DNA from: an uncultured bacterium
GTDB lineage: Bacteria; Bacteroidota; Rhodothermia; Balneolales; DATFMH01
Direction of reading: 5' to 3'
Assembly: GCA_963783355.1 (NCBI GenBank)
Contig: CAWANF010000013.1
Span: 72,158 to 136,157, forward strand
DNA: 64,000 nt
This document shows, in pieces, positions 29,774 to 40,079 of the stretch; position 1 is the stretch's first letter; each line of letters begins with the position of its first letter. A model generated the notes under the pieces. The model did no database searches. It had not been told where the DNA came from and saw only the letters and a program-made list of their open reading frames with translations. The position numbers and the translations under genes are program-made.

Positions 29774-30598
29774 ATGTCATACGAAGTCACTGATTTTCAA
29801 AAGGATATCGTCGAAGCCAGCGAGAAAGTTCCGGTAGTATTGGATTTTTGGGCTGAGTGGTGTGGCCCATGCCGTATGATTGGACCGGTTTTAGAAAAAT
29901 TGGCGGGAGAAGCCAACGGCAAATGGAAGCTGGTTAAAATTGATACGGAGAAAAATCAACAGCTGGCGGCACAATTTGGGATACGAAGTATTCCGGCGGT
30001 CAAAATGGTGTTTCAGAAATCGATAGTCGCAGAATTTACCGGGGCTTTGCCTGAAGCATCCGTTCGCAAATGGCTGAAAGAAAATTTACCAGAAACCGAG
30101 GAAGAACAATCGGTCAAAGGGGATGTCGATACCTATTTAAGCCAGGGAGATCGTTTATCAGCAAGAAGAGTTATGGAGCAATATCTCCAGAGCGAGCAGG
30201 GCGAACAGGATGATTTAGTAAAAATGTCATTGCTTTATTTGCCGGATGAACTGGAAAAAGCCACTCAGTTATCCGAACAGTTCAGAAATGAACCTAAATA
30301 TGAGCTGGAATTACAGACTCTTGATACCATTATCCATTTGGCAAAAGTTGCGGCAGGAGAGGTTGAAGTCAAGAGTAACATCAAAGAAACTGCAGACTCG
30401 TACAAACTTGCAGCAACTTACATTTTCGAGCAAAAATATGGCCAGGCCTTAGATCTCTTTATCGATAGCCTTATAAAAGATCGTAATATGGATGAAGATG
30501 GCCCGAGAAAGGCATGTATTGCCATCTTTGCTATGTTGGGAAATACTCATCCCGTTACCCAAAACTACCGACGCCGGTTTTCCATGGCACTTTACTGA
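29774..30598 (+). CDS. thioredoxin-domain protein with TPR-like C-terminal domain (YbbN/CnoX-like)
   Basis: 274 aa with an N-terminal 'WAEWCGPCRM' active site (CGPC). The C-terminal ~160 aa helical region is as in YbbN-type co-chaperones. Confidence 0.85.
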   Translation: MSYEVTDFQKDIVEASEKVPVVLDFWAEWCGPCRMIGPVLEKLAGEANGKWKLVKIDTEKNQQLAAQFGIRSIPAVKMVFQKSIVAEFTGALPEASVRKWLKENLPETEEEQSVKGDVDTYLSQGDRLSARRVMEQYLQSEQGEQDDLVKMSLLYLPDELEKATQLSEQFRNEPKYELELQTLDTIIHLAKVAAGEVEVKSNIKETADSYKLAATYIFEQKYGQALDLFIDSLIKDRNMDEDGPRKACIAIFAMLGNTHPVTQNYRRRFSMALY

Positions 30599-30733
30599 AA
30601 GAAATTTTGAATTGAGAAATGTTGAATTTGAATAGGTAAAAAAGGAAAACGGAAAATGAAGAACGAAGCGGGCAATTCTACTAAGGAGTCATTCTGAACT
30701 TGATTCAGAATTCATTACCGGTAATTAATGCTC

Positions 30734-31384
30734 TTAATTCACACGGTGGATACCATTCCTGTTCACATGTCCGACATATCTTCCTAATATCTTCACTTCT
30801 TCGAACACATCCGGTTCAATCTGAATGGCATTAAATTCCGGATTTGCCGGTTCCAGCCGTAACCCATTCAAACCAAAATAAATGCGTTTCAGGCTGGTTT
30901 CTCCATTGTATAAAACGGCACCGATATCACCATCTTTAAGATCATTATCAACTAAAAGAACAAAATCTCCATCCCTGATCCCGGCATCTCTCATGCTCAT
31001 TCCGGAAACCCGCAAAGCGTACAACTTATCCAGATTCGGAAACAACGTTTCCAGCGTAATGGTACCAAGATTAGCTTCTACCGCTTCCTGGAGATAACCG
31101 GCAGTAATAATTCCACGAACAGGAATTCCGCCATATTTTGGTTCTTCCTCAGGAAGATAGTCGTTTTTGTAGGCATTATTGATATCGTAACCATCGTCAT
31201 CAGTCCTGACCAAATATCCTTTTTTCAGTAAGGCTTTGATATTTTGAGTGACACTGTTCGGAGATTTATAATCAAACTGTTCGGCGATTTCCTGGTATGT
31301 AGGCCATATGGCGTTCTCTTTTTTGTATTCAACAATATATTCGAGAAATTCTTTCTGTTTACGAGTCAGTTGTATATTGTCCAT
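30734..31384 (-). CDS. lexA: LexA repressor (S24 peptidase)
   Basis: N-terminal wHTH ('TYQEIAEQFDYKSPNSVTQNIKALLKKGYL'), an 'AG' cleavage region, a catalytic Ser in 'VSGMSM' and a Lys in 'SLKR'. The start is taken at 'MDNIQLT'; the ORF track extends to 31447. Confidence 0.88.
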   Translation of the reverse strand: MDNIQLTRKQKEFLEYIVEYKKENAIWPTYQEIAEQFDYKSPNSVTQNIKALLKKGYLVRTDDDGYDINNAYKNDYLPEEEPKYGGIPVRGIITAGYLQEAVEANLGTITLETLFPNLDKLYALRVSGMSMRDAGIRDGDFVLLVDNDLKDGDIGAVLYNGETSLKRIYFGLNGLRLEPANPEFNAIQIEPDVFEEVKILGRYVGHVNRNGIHRVN

Positions 31385-31449
31385 AATGTCCGCGTGATTA
31401 CTGTGTGATATATGTGCAAGGTAATTAAACTCATGTCTTAATTGCAACT

Positions 31450-33534
31450 ATGATGTTCAAAAAAATTAAAATTTCTTTTTTTTATAAGATTCCAATATGG
31501 ATTTTGGGCTTGTCTTTTTTCGTTGCCTGTCGTGCTAATAAACCGGTAATAACATCCCAAAAACAAGTAGTTGAGGGAAAGTTCCCAGCGGAATATCCGG
31601 AACTCTACAAAGCGGTTTCTGTCAGAAATGAAAAGAGCTTATTGGGATTTACGAAAAATTCGAATCGGCTGGTGCGCAATGAGGCATGGCGTGCGTTATT
31701 CAATACACAGATAGCAGGTACGAATGAATTTTTTAAGGATGTTCTGTTTGATCAATCATATCCTGCCTGGTTTGCCTTGAGCGGACATTCCATCTCCAAA
31801 AATCAAGAAAGGAAACTTGAGAATTTATGGAATGAGAGCAATACGGAACGGGCGGGAATCAGCCTGGTATTGGGATTACAGGGAGATAAGCAGGCTTTGA
31901 GTTTCCTGCAAAATCACTTAAGTGAAATAAAAAACCCTAAGAATGAATACCCGGTTGCTATGGCTCTGAGCCGTTTATTATTAAGATATCCGGATAAAGC
32001 CGAAGTTCCTAAGATGCTGCTTGAACATGCCCTTCAGAGTGATAAACAACCGGTTATCCAGGCTTGCCTGTATGGGGCTTATCGCAGTCATGCGGCTTTG
32101 ATTGATTCAAATTTATCGGAACAACTAATTCGGTCATGGCCATCTCAAAGTAAAAAATGGAACCGACTGACTCGTCAGATGATCATCAATATCGTATTCA
32201 AATCCAGAAATAAAAATTACCTTAGCATAATTGAAACGGATTCCCTGCCGGATATCAATGTAAATTCAGGGGTTGAAATCGCCCGTGATTTGGCCTATTA
32301 CCCGGTCAACGAAAAGTCGTTGCCACTATATATCGGTTTGTTGAAAAATCGGAACCCAAATGTCGTTTTAACCTGCCTGAATACCCTTGAATCGAAAAAG
32401 TGGTCCAGTTCCTTGCTTGCCGATCGCATATCCGTGATCATGGATGATGCAAAAAGAAAATATCCGGCTATTTATGTGGCCGGACTGAAAATTATGGATC
32501 GCTTTCAACCCAAACTCATTTCAAATGAACAAATTGAGTTAAAAATGATGGCAGAAAATAATCCGTATCAGTCCGCGGATTTATTTGAACTATTGGGGAA
32601 ACGGATTGAACAATCGTCCTTTATTGATTATTTACAAAGTGAAGTACAAAATTCCGATATGCGGTTGGCAATGGCTGCGGTCAATGCCGGATATCAAAAA
32701 TGGAAATCACTAAAGCAAAAGGATAAATATCAATGGCAAGCGGTTTACAGAAAACTCTTCCTGAACGCCTTATCGAGAAATGACTTTGGCCTGACGGCTG
32801 ATCTTTACCCTTTTTTTATGGATACCCTTTTGTTCAGAAAGCGGGACTTTGACCTGTTAGAAGAGACGATGTCTCATTTATCCTTTCCTGCAGATATTGA
32901 AGCCTATGAATCTCTGGTCCCCGTTTTAAAGAAGCGATTGGGTTCAAAAGGAATACATATTATTGATTCTCTGGCATCTAAACAGTTTCCGCCATTCAAC
33001 AGATACCTTAAGAAGAATGGATGGAAATCGGTCCCGGCCGGGGATTATCATAAATATCCATTATTGCAACCGGACTGGAATCGTCTGAGAAAGCTGGGCC
33101 GGTATCCCATTTGGACATTGAAAACAGAGCTGGGAACTATCAAAATTCGTTTAGATGCATTACGTGCCCCGGCAACCGTTTCGGCCATCGACAGTTTGAC
33201 GCGCGCCGGAAAGTATAATGGCGTACCTTTTCATCGAGTGGTTCCCGATTTTGTAATTCAGGGCGGAGATTTTGAGCGTAAAGACGGTTATGGAGGTGCC
33301 GGTTTTGTGTTACCGACGGAAGCCAATGAAAAAGAGTTTATCCGGGGGGCTGTCGGCATTGCCAGCGCCGGGACCGACACGGAAGGCCCGCAGTATTTCA
33401 TTATGCACCAATGGGCGCCCCATTTGAATGGACATTATACGCTGTTCGGACAAGTAATCCAGGGAATGGATGTCGTAGATCGGATCGTGGTGGGCGATAA
33501 GGTGATAAAGGCAAGTATCGAACAGGAAAGATAG
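31450..33534 (+). CDS. cyclophilin-type peptidyl-prolyl isomerase lipoprotein with long helical-repeat N-terminal region
   Basis: 694 aa with lipobox 'FFVAC'. The C-terminal ~170 aa carry 'FHRVVPDFVIQGGD' and 'YTLFGQVIQGMDVVD'. Confidence 0.85.
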   Translation: MMFKKIKISFFYKIPIWILGLSFFVACRANKPVITSQKQVVEGKFPAEYPELYKAVSVRNEKSLLGFTKNSNRLVRNEAWRALFNTQIAGTNEFFKDVLFDQSYPAWFALSGHSISKNQERKLENLWNESNTERAGISLVLGLQGDKQALSFLQNHLSEIKNPKNEYPVAMALSRLLLRYPDKAEVPKMLLEHALQSDKQPVIQACLYGAYRSHAALIDSNLSEQLIRSWPSQSKKWNRLTRQMIINIVFKSRNKNYLSIIETDSLPDINVNSGVEIARDLAYYPVNEKSLPLYIGLLKNRNPNVVLTCLNTLESKKWSSSLLADRISVIMDDAKRKYPAIYVAGLKIMDRFQPKLISNEQIELKMMAENNPYQSADLFELLGKRIEQSSFIDYLQSEVQNSDMRLAMAAVNAGYQKWKSLKQKDKYQWQAVYRKLFLNALSRNDFGLTADLYPFFMDTLLFRKRDFDLLEETMSHLSFPADIEAYESLVPVLKKRLGSKGIHIIDSLASKQFPPFNRYLKKNGWKSVPAGDYHKYPLLQPDWNRLRKLGRYPIWTLKTELGTIKIRLDALRAPATVSAIDSLTRAGKYNGVPFHRVVPDFVIQGGDFERKDGYGGAGFVLPTEANEKEFIRGAVGIASAGTDTEGPQYFIMHQWAPHLNGHYTLFGQVIQGMDVVDRIVVGDKVIKASIEQER

Positions 33535-33543
33535 CTTAAAAAC

Positions 33544-33571
33544 GTACTGACGTTGCATGCAACGTCAGTAC
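33544..33571. terminator. perfect 28-bp palindrome between convergent genes (bidirectional terminator candidate)
   Basis: GTACTGACGTTGCA|TGCAACGTCAGTAC, lying between the PPIase stop and the gcdH stop. Confidence 0.6.
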
Positions 33572-33587
33572 AAGAATGCAAAATTGC

Positions 33588-34799
33588 TTACAAATCATTT
33601 CCCCGCGGCGTAAAGGACTGGATACCGGTAATTTCACGGCCGAGAATAAGTCCGTGAATATCGTAGGTTCCTTCGTAGGTAACCACTGATTCCAGGTTCA
33701 CCATATGGTGGATCACACGATAATCGCCGGTAATGCCATTACCTCCATGCATATCACGTGCCGCACGGGCAATTTCCAGCGCTTTCATGGTATTATTACG
33801 TTTCGCAAGAGAAATCATCGCAGGATGGGCTTTATGCTGATCTTTCAGTTGTCCGAGTCGCCACACGAGCATCTGCATGGAAGTGATATCCGTCAGCATA
33901 TTGGCCAGCTTTGTTTGTATAATCTGGTTGGCGGCAAGGGGATAACCGAATTGTTTCCGTTCGAGGACATATTGCCGTGCGCGATGATAGCAATTTTCGG
34001 CGGCGCCGACCGATCCCCAGGCAATGCCATAACGGGCATTATTCAGACAACCGAACGGGCCTTTCAACCCGCGAATATCAGGGAATACATTTTCATCGGG
34101 AACAAAAACATCTTCCATCACAATTTCCCCGGTGCTCGATGCCCGCAGCGACATCTTGTTCTCTGTTTTCGGTGCCGAATAACCTTTCATATCTTTTTCG
34201 AGAATGAAACCACGGATGACGCCTTTGTCGTCTTTCTTCTCTTTGGCCTTGGCCCAAACAATAGCAACGTCCGCAATCGGGGAATTGGTAATCCACATTT
34301 TGGCCCCGTTCAGGATCCAGCCGCCATCGACTTTCAAAGCAGTAGAGACCATGGAGCCGGGATCTGAACCATGATCCGGTTCGGTAAGGCCAAAACAACC
34401 GATGATTTCACCTGTTGAAAGACGTGGTAAATATTTCTGTTTTTGTTCTTCAGTACCATATTCTTCAATGGGAAACATCACCAAAGATGACTGAACCGAC
34501 ATAAATGACCGATAACCCGAATCGACACGCTCCACTTCACGGGCGATGAGTCCGTATGCCGTATAGCTGGCGCCTACACCACCGTATTCCGGATCGACGG
34601 CAGAACCGAGCAATCCCAGTTCGCCCATTTCCGTGGCAATCTCTTTATCAAAAAACTCTTCCTGGTTTCCTTTTAAAGCCCTGGGTTCGAGACGGCTCTG
34701 GGCATAATCACGGGCTGTTTCCATGATCATACGATCATCTTCGTTAAGTAACGATTCAAATAGAAAAGCGTCGTCGGTGTTGAATGAAAGTGTCGGCAT
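33588..34799 (-). CDS. gcdH: glutaryl-CoA dehydrogenase-type acyl-CoA dehydrogenase
   Basis: 403 aa with '[14 protein letters not shown]' and C-terminal '[21 protein letters not shown]', typical of GCDH. Confidence 0.8.
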   Translation of the reverse strand: MPTLSFNTDDAFLFESLLNEDDRMIMETARDYAQSRLEPRALKGNQEEFFDKEIATEMGELGLLGSAVDPEYGGVGASYTAYGLIAREVERVDSGYRSFMSVQSSLVMFPIEEYGTEEQKQKYLPRLSTGEIIGCFGLTEPDHGSDPGSMVSTALKVDGGWILNGAKMWITNSPIADVAIVWAKAKEKKDDKGVIRGFILEKDMKGYSAPKTENKMSLRASSTGEIVMEDVFVPDENVFPDIRGLKGPFGCLNNARYGIAWGSVGAAENCYHRARQYVLERKQFGYPLAANQIIQTKLANMLTDITSMQMLVWRLGQLKDQHKAHPAMISLAKRNNTMKALEIARAARDMHGGNGITGDYRVIHHMVNLESVVTYEGTYDIHGLILGREITGIQSFTPRGNDL

Positions 34800-34899
34800 G
34801 CAAGAAAAATTAAATTATTAGATGATGTTCGTCGTGTGTGGAATATGTGAAAAGGAAATTATCTAAACAATGGTAATTATTGCTAAATGATGGAACGAT

Positions 34900-35640
34900 G
34901 GAACGCGAATAACGAGGATGCTGCGAATTTATACGGACAGAAAAAATTATGAATGTTGAATTATGAATTATGAATTAGGAGCGTTGTCATAGAGTTAGTG
35001 CATTGGATTAACGTCATCCCGGCCGGAGAGCCGGGATCTCCTTACGTTAATCAGGGTAAAGCACAAAGAGCGAAGAGAAGTCACAAAGGACACAAAATTA
35101 AAAAGTGAAAAGATGAGCCCTAACTAAAGATGTGGAGTCCATTAAAAAAACACTGAAGGCACAGAGGAATGCACTGAGAAAAATATGAGGATAACTACCA
35201 ACGTTAGGAGGTCCCGCATCTGTGTGCGGGATGACGTTATTGCAGTTCGGGGTGGTGCTCTGGGGAACACACAGAGAGAATTTTAACGGGAGCAAATATT
35301 TCTCTGTTGATACAAATCCCGGTAATCAAATTAATCCTATAAATCGCGGTTCATATACGAATGAAACGTTGAAAAAGCAACAAAGGGGAGTACATGCTTC
35401 GACTCCGCTCAGCATGACATGGTTCTTTAAATTTTGATCCCAGCCCTAACCAATTCAACAATTAATTCGTTCTTAATCAGTGTTTTTCCGTGAGGATCTG
35501 TGGCTATTTTGTTTTTTTGTTCATCATATGCTTCGACTCCGCTCAGCATGACATTATTCTTAAATTGACAATTCGAAATTGTCCATTCCTCCGTCTTTCG
35601 TTATCCAGTCCCCGTATTCCCTTTTATCTCAACTCTGTCT
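34900..35640. repeat. mosaic of interspersed hairpin repeat modules
   Basis: Contains CGTCAT-CCCGGC..GCCGGG-ATCTCC (35012-35041), an inverted family member (35207-35236), an 85-bp module (35269-35354), two copies of the GTCATGCTGAGCGGAGTCGAAGCAT module on the minus strand (35394-35418, 35528-35552), and a GCCACAGATCC module (35478-35507). Confidence 0.85.
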
Positions 35641-35641
35641 T

Positions 35642-36808
35642 TCAGTCGTTCATCAATTCACGTGATATGATAATTCGCTGTATCTCCGATGTGCCTTCGC
35701 CAATTTCAAGCAGCTTCGCATCACGCAGAAAACGCTCGACATGGTATTCCTGTGTATATCCATATCCGCCATGTATTTGAATAGCTTTCAATGCGCTTTG
35801 AGTTGCTAACTCTGAAGCAAACAACTTCGCCATAGAAGCTTCGACGGTAAATGATTTTCCCTGGTCTTTGAGCCAGGCAGCGCGATGCACCATCAGTCGT
35901 GCGGCATCACCCCGGGCGGCCATGTCGGCAATCATCCATCGGATGGCCTGGAATTTTCCAATCGGTTTTCCAAACTGTTCCCGCTCTTTGGCATATTTGA
36001 TCGACTCTTCGATACAGCCGCGATTGATCCCAACGGCCAGCGCCCCGATTCCAATACGTCCGCCGTCCAGGATTTTCATAGTATCAATGAAGCCGTGATT
36101 GAGTTTTCCCAGTAAATTATCCTCCGGAATTTCACAATTCTCCAGGAAGACCTCGGTGGTGTCGGAAGAATTCATGCCCAGTTTGTGCATTTTGGGGCCG
36201 GGTTTGAGTCCGGGATTATCACCTTCCACAATAAATGCGCTGATTCCTTTAGCTCCCAAAGACTTGTCCGTTTTAGCCAGGATAACATAGATCCCGCCAA
36301 CCGAACCCTGGGTGATGAAAATTTTCGAACCGTTCAAAATCCATTTATCACCGCGTTTTTCGGCCGTGGTTTTCATTCCTGATGCATCACTTCCCGATCC
36401 CGGTTCCGTGAGTCCCCAGGCGCCGAGTACCTCACCTTGTGCCAAACGTGTCAGATATTTCTTCTTTTGGTCCTCATTTCCCGCAATGGCAATATGTCCG
36501 GAGCAAAGTGAGGTGTGGGAAGCCACGGTCAGCGCCAGAGAAGCATCCCAGCGGGCAATTTCTTCAATAGCCAGCGTGAAACTGATCGTATCAGCACCTC
36601 CGCCGCCATATTTTTCATCGTGATTGATCCCCATCAATCCCATTTCACCCAGTTGCTTAACAATATCGTGTGGAAATTCTTTAGAGTGATCCCGTTCGAT
36701 GACACCCGGAGCAACATATCGCTCCACAAAATCTTTGACGGTCTCTCTGATAAGTTGTTGATCTTCGTTAAGCCCGAACGACAAGCCATGATTCTGAATA
36801 GTTTCCAT
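35642..36808 (-). CDS. acyl-CoA dehydrogenase (short/branched-chain, Bcd-like)
   Basis: 388 aa with '[14 protein letters not shown]' and '[36 protein letters not shown]'. Confidence 0.9.
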   Translation of the reverse strand: METIQNHGLSFGLNEDQQLIRETVKDFVERYVAPGVIERDHSKEFPHDIVKQLGEMGLMGINHDEKYGGGGADTISFTLAIEEIARWDASLALTVASHTSLCSGHIAIAGNEDQKKKYLTRLAQGEVLGAWGLTEPGSGSDASGMKTTAEKRGDKWILNGSKIFITQGSVGGIYVILAKTDKSLGAKGISAFIVEGDNPGLKPGPKMHKLGMNSSDTTEVFLENCEIPEDNLLGKLNHGFIDTMKILDGGRIGIGALAVGINRGCIEESIKYAKEREQFGKPIGKFQAIRWMIADMAARGDAARLMVHRAAWLKDQGKSFTVEASMAKLFASELATQSALKAIQIHGGYGYTQEYHVERFLRDAKLLEIGEGTSEIQRIIISRELMND

Positions 36809-36857
36809 AATAGTATTGAGATGTGAGTATTGAGTAGTGAGATATAAGACCCAATAG

Positions 36858-37229
36858 TCAGGTTGAATTTTTTATATTTTGAATTAAAACAAATAACATT
36901 TTTTGAATTTCATCAATTTGATTTGAAAGCTTCTCAAAATCACTTGTGGTTAAGTAATCAAGGTTGTTTGATATTATAAGTTGAGTCTCAAGTTCGTAGG
37001 TTGAACCATGGGCAATATTCAAAAAATGTCTGAATTCTAAATCGGTACCTCGTCCGGCACCTTCCGCAATATTTGAACCAATCGATACAACACATCTATT
37101 TATTTGTGAAATCAGTCCAAATTTTTCCTGGTTTGGATATTTTTTCGTTTGATGATAAATATCAGTCGCTAAATCAACAGATTTTTTCCAAACATTTAAG
37201 CCCTTAAAGTTATGCATCTTTAATCCCAT
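36858..37229 (-). CDS. four-helix-bundle protein (23S rRNA intervening-sequence protein / Avd-like family)
   Basis: About 120 aa with 'VW..S.DL...IY..T..P..EKF.L.SQ..R...SI..NIAEG..R....EF..FL.IA.GS..E..TQL', as in this family. The likely start is the 'MHNFKG' Met at 37217. Confidence 0.85.
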   Translation of the reverse strand: MGLKMHNFKGLNVWKKSVDLATDIYHQTKKYPNQEKFGLISQINRCVVSIGSNIAEGAGRGTDLEFRHFLNIAHGSTYELETQLIISNNLDYLTTSDFEKLSNQIDEIQKMLFVLIQNIKNST

Positions 37230-37341
37230 TTATGAAATTTTATATAAACAGGATCAAATTGCTCAAAACTACTTACAAGAAAATATTTTGGTGATGAGCA
37301 TTGAGCTGAAAAGTCTCACTACCATATCTCTTCATCTAATA

Positions 37342-37644
37342 TCAGCCAAAATTCCAGTTTATTCCCCGGCCAATTTCAGGCTGCGGGTATTTCCAGGTCA
37401 CGGCACTCTGATCGCATGCATACATGCAGGTGCCGCATTCAATACAGTCTTCAAACTGAAAATGAACTTTGCCTTCTTCATCAATCGTATAACAATTTGC
37501 CGGACAAACATAAGTCGTGCATAAATGCGGACAGCCACTGTTGCAAATTTCGGTATCAACTTCAATATGTGCTTTGGCATCTGAACGGCCCTGGTTCCGG
37601 TAATTGACCAGGCCGAGACGATCAGCAATAGACAAATTTTTCAT
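37342..37644 (-). CDS. fixX: ferredoxin-like protein FixX
   Basis: 100 aa with a Cys cluster 'CPHLC..YVCPANCY..CIECGTC'. Its start overlaps the fixC stop by 4 nt. Confidence 0.88.
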   Translation of the reverse strand: MKNLSIADRLGLVNYRNQGRSDAKAHIEVDTEICNSGCPHLCTTYVCPANCYTIDEEGKVHFQFEDCIECGTCMYACDQSAVTWKYPQPEIGRGINWNFG

Positions 37645-39053
37645 AAGGATCGCGCTCCTTTTATTCCAATTTTTATCATTTCCATGATTGAGCTGTGCCT
37701 GCGTATCGAATCCTTCAACATCGCGCTTGTTTTCTTAGTTGGTTCGTTATTGATAGTGAAAAACTGACGGCCGAAATCACAAATCAGGTTCGGGATGGTT
37801 GTAAACATGGCCGGATTATGCAGAAAATGAACGGCGCTTTGAAACGCATTCAGGTCTTTCATGACATAACTGTTATCCAGTCCTTCCCGGTAATTCTTCA
37901 ACGTGGCCGAGCTGAAATCATTATTCTTTTTCGCCTCAACCACGGTTTTGGCCGCTAATACCCCGGAATGCATGGCATAATCCATGCCCTGAATCGCTTT
38001 GCCGGAGTTCATCAGCAAATTGGCGGCTTCACCTGCCAGCATCACACCATCAGCATAGAGTTCTTTGGGCATCACCCGTTTATCACCGGTCGATACCACG
38101 TGAGCCGAGTATTCCACAACTTCTCCGCCTTTAATCAGGTCGCGAACAGCCGGGTGCGATTTAAAATGATTCAGGATATCATAAATTTTAAGTTTCTGAT
38201 CCTGTTTTTCATCGAGATTCGATTTTTCCTGATTTTTCCGGTAGGCTGCCGCTTTATCCATATCCGGATTACCAGCTTTCTCCCGTAAATCTTTCAAACC
38301 GAGAACGAGCCCGAGTGAAAGGCTGTCCCGGTTGGTGTAGAGGAAACCACCTCCCTCTACACCATGGGAAGCTCCAAACCCGATAAATTCATTCGACATT
38401 CCGCTCAATCCATCGAGTTGAAATCGTTCTTCAATGACTTTTTGGTCTAACTTTATAATCTCTTTAACACCCGTAGCCACAAAATCGGCCGGGACATATT
38501 GTTCCTGCAAACCGATTTGCCGGGTCAGAAGGTTATTTACTCCTTCGGCAATGATCACACAATCGGCATAAAATTTATCTTCACCTGCCCGAATCCCGGT
38601 AACTTTTCCATTTTCCTTGAGAATTTCTTCTACCAGGATATCCGTAGCCAGAAATGACTCATCTGCATATTCACTCTGTTCGATCGCTTCCTGGACTTTG
38701 CCGGCCAGCCAGTTATCGAATTTTGAGCGAAGGACGATTACGCCTTTGTAAGGAGGCTTTTCAAAATGCTCAGATTTGAAATCGATAGAGAAAGCCGATT
38801 GTTCATCCAAAAAAGACAGACGCCGATGGCGAATAAACCGTTCGATTCCGGCCTCTTTTTCTTCCCAATAATTCGGAATTAATTCTGCTAATTGCGTCCC
38901 CCAAAGGACTCCACCGGACACATTTTTGGCACCGCTGTATTCGCCGCGTTCAATCAGCAAAAACTTAATATTGTTGCGGGCGAGTGTCAGGGCGGCGCTG
39001 AGTCCGGCAATGCCTCCGCCGACGATGATACAATCAAATTTCTCGTCTTCCAT
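37641..39053 (-). CDS. fixC: FAD-dependent oxidoreductase FixC (ETF-quinone oxidoreductase-like)
   Basis: 470 aa with an N-terminal 'FDCIIVGGGIAGLSAA' FAD fold. It sits between etfA and fixX. It carries a Lys/Glu-rich insertion near residues 255-300. Confidence 0.85.
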   Translation of the reverse strand: MEDEKFDCIIVGGGIAGLSAALTLARNNIKFLLIERGEYSGAKNVSGGVLWGTQLAELIPNYWEEKEAGIERFIRHRRLSFLDEQSAFSIDFKSEHFEKPPYKGVIVLRSKFDNWLAGKVQEAIEQSEYADESFLATDILVEEILKENGKVTGIRAGEDKFYADCVIIAEGVNNLLTRQIGLQEQYVPADFVATGVKEIIKLDQKVIEERFQLDGLSGMSNEFIGFGASHGVEGGGFLYTNRDSLSLGLVLGLKDLREKAGNPDMDKAAAYRKNQEKSNLDEKQDQKLKIYDILNHFKSHPAVRDLIKGGEVVEYSAHVVSTGDKRVMPKELYADGVMLAGEAANLLMNSGKAIQGMDYAMHSGVLAAKTVVEAKKNNDFSSATLKNYREGLDNSYVMKDLNAFQSAVHFLHNPAMFTTIPNLICDFGRQFFTINNEPTKKTSAMLKDSIRRHSSIMEMIKIGIKGARSL

Positions 39054-39058
39054 ACCGG

Positions 39059-40033
39059 CTATCCTTTGTGTTTTTTCACTTCTTCAATCAAAACCGGCAT
39101 GATTTTGTACAAATCACCGACCAATCCATAAGTGGCATATTGGAAGATAGGGGCATCAGGATCTTTATTGATAGCTACGATTACTTTACTGTTGGCCATT
39201 CCAGCGATATGCTGAATAGCACCCGAGATACCCACGGCGATATAAAGTTGTGGCGAAACGACTTTCCCGGTTTGTCCAATTTGTGCGGTGGCCGGGAACA
39301 ATCCGGATTCGGTGACGGCACGGGATGCGCCGACGGCTCCGCCCATCAGGTTAGCCAGTTCTTCGACCATATTTTTGCCTTCTTCATCCTTGATACCGCG
39401 ACCACCGGAAACAACGACCGGAGCTTCGGATAAATCCACTCCTCCGCCGGAAGAGGTCAGGATTTCTTTGAGCGTTAAGTGAAGCGTGGATTCATCAAAA
39501 TCAAACGGAATGGAAACCACTTCGGCATCGGAAGGTGATTCGGATAAGTCGTAAGAACCCGATCGGACCGATACGACTACCCGGTCTTTTTTGGATTGAG
39601 TGCGTGCCAGGACTTTGGCTGCCATGATGGGACGCAGTGCTTCAACGCCACCGTCAATTAAATCAAAGGATGCCACATCGGATAGGACTCCGGCATTGAC
39701 GCGAATCGAAAGGGCCCCGAGGATATCTTTCACGGCTTCGGTGGAGGCAAGTGCCATAATCTTCGGATCTGACTGTGATGCCACTTTTTCAAGCGCATCG
39801 AGCAACGGGGCATTCAGGTGATTTTTGAAAATCGGATTTTCAATAGTATAGATTTTTTGTGCCCCGTATTTTTTTGCTGTATCGGCATAAGACGAAGCTT
39901 TCTCGTCGATAATGACAGCTTCCAGCTGGTGGCCGTTCTTTTCCGCCAGGATTCGGCAATGGCTTAAGACTTCAAGGGAAGAGCGTTTAATCCTCCCGTC
40001 GCTGATGGCTAAATATGTGAGAATAGTACTCAT
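39059..40033 (-). CDS. etfA: electron transfer flavoprotein alpha subunit (FixB/EtfA)
   Basis: 324 aa with 'VVSGGRG' and 'PQLYIAVGISGAIQHIAGM'. Confidence 0.93.
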   Translation of the reverse strand: MSTILTYLAISDGRIKRSSLEVLSHCRILAEKNGHQLEAVIIDEKASSYADTAKKYGAQKIYTIENPIFKNHLNAPLLDALEKVASQSDPKIMALASTEAVKDILGALSIRVNAGVLSDVASFDLIDGGVEALRPIMAAKVLARTQSKKDRVVVSVRSGSYDLSESPSDAEVVSIPFDFDESTLHLTLKEILTSSGGGVDLSEAPVVVSGGRGIKDEEGKNMVEELANLMGGAVGASRAVTESGLFPATAQIGQTGKVVSPQLYIAVGISGAIQHIAGMANSKVIVAINKDPDAPIFQYATYGLVGDLYKIMPVLIEEVKKHKG

Positions 40034-40079
40034 TCTGATAAAAATTTATAGGTTTAAACTCTTTGACAGGTAATAATAT

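Noticed and set aside
33705-34367. 220-aa plus-strand ORF, with further ORFs at 33977-34207 and 34093-34398, inside the gcdH region.
   Set aside because: Most are antisense to, and one is an alternative same-strand frame of, a strongly conserved acyl-CoA dehydrogenase frame. The translations are low-complexity with no recognisable motifs. They look like shadow ORFs.
35868-36826. A stack of six 63-103-aa plus-strand ORFs overlapping the acyl-CoA dehydrogenase gene.
   Set aside because: All are antisense to a well-supported 388-aa CDS and overlap each other in different frames. Their composition (Ser/Pro/Ile-rich) is typical of non-coding frames.
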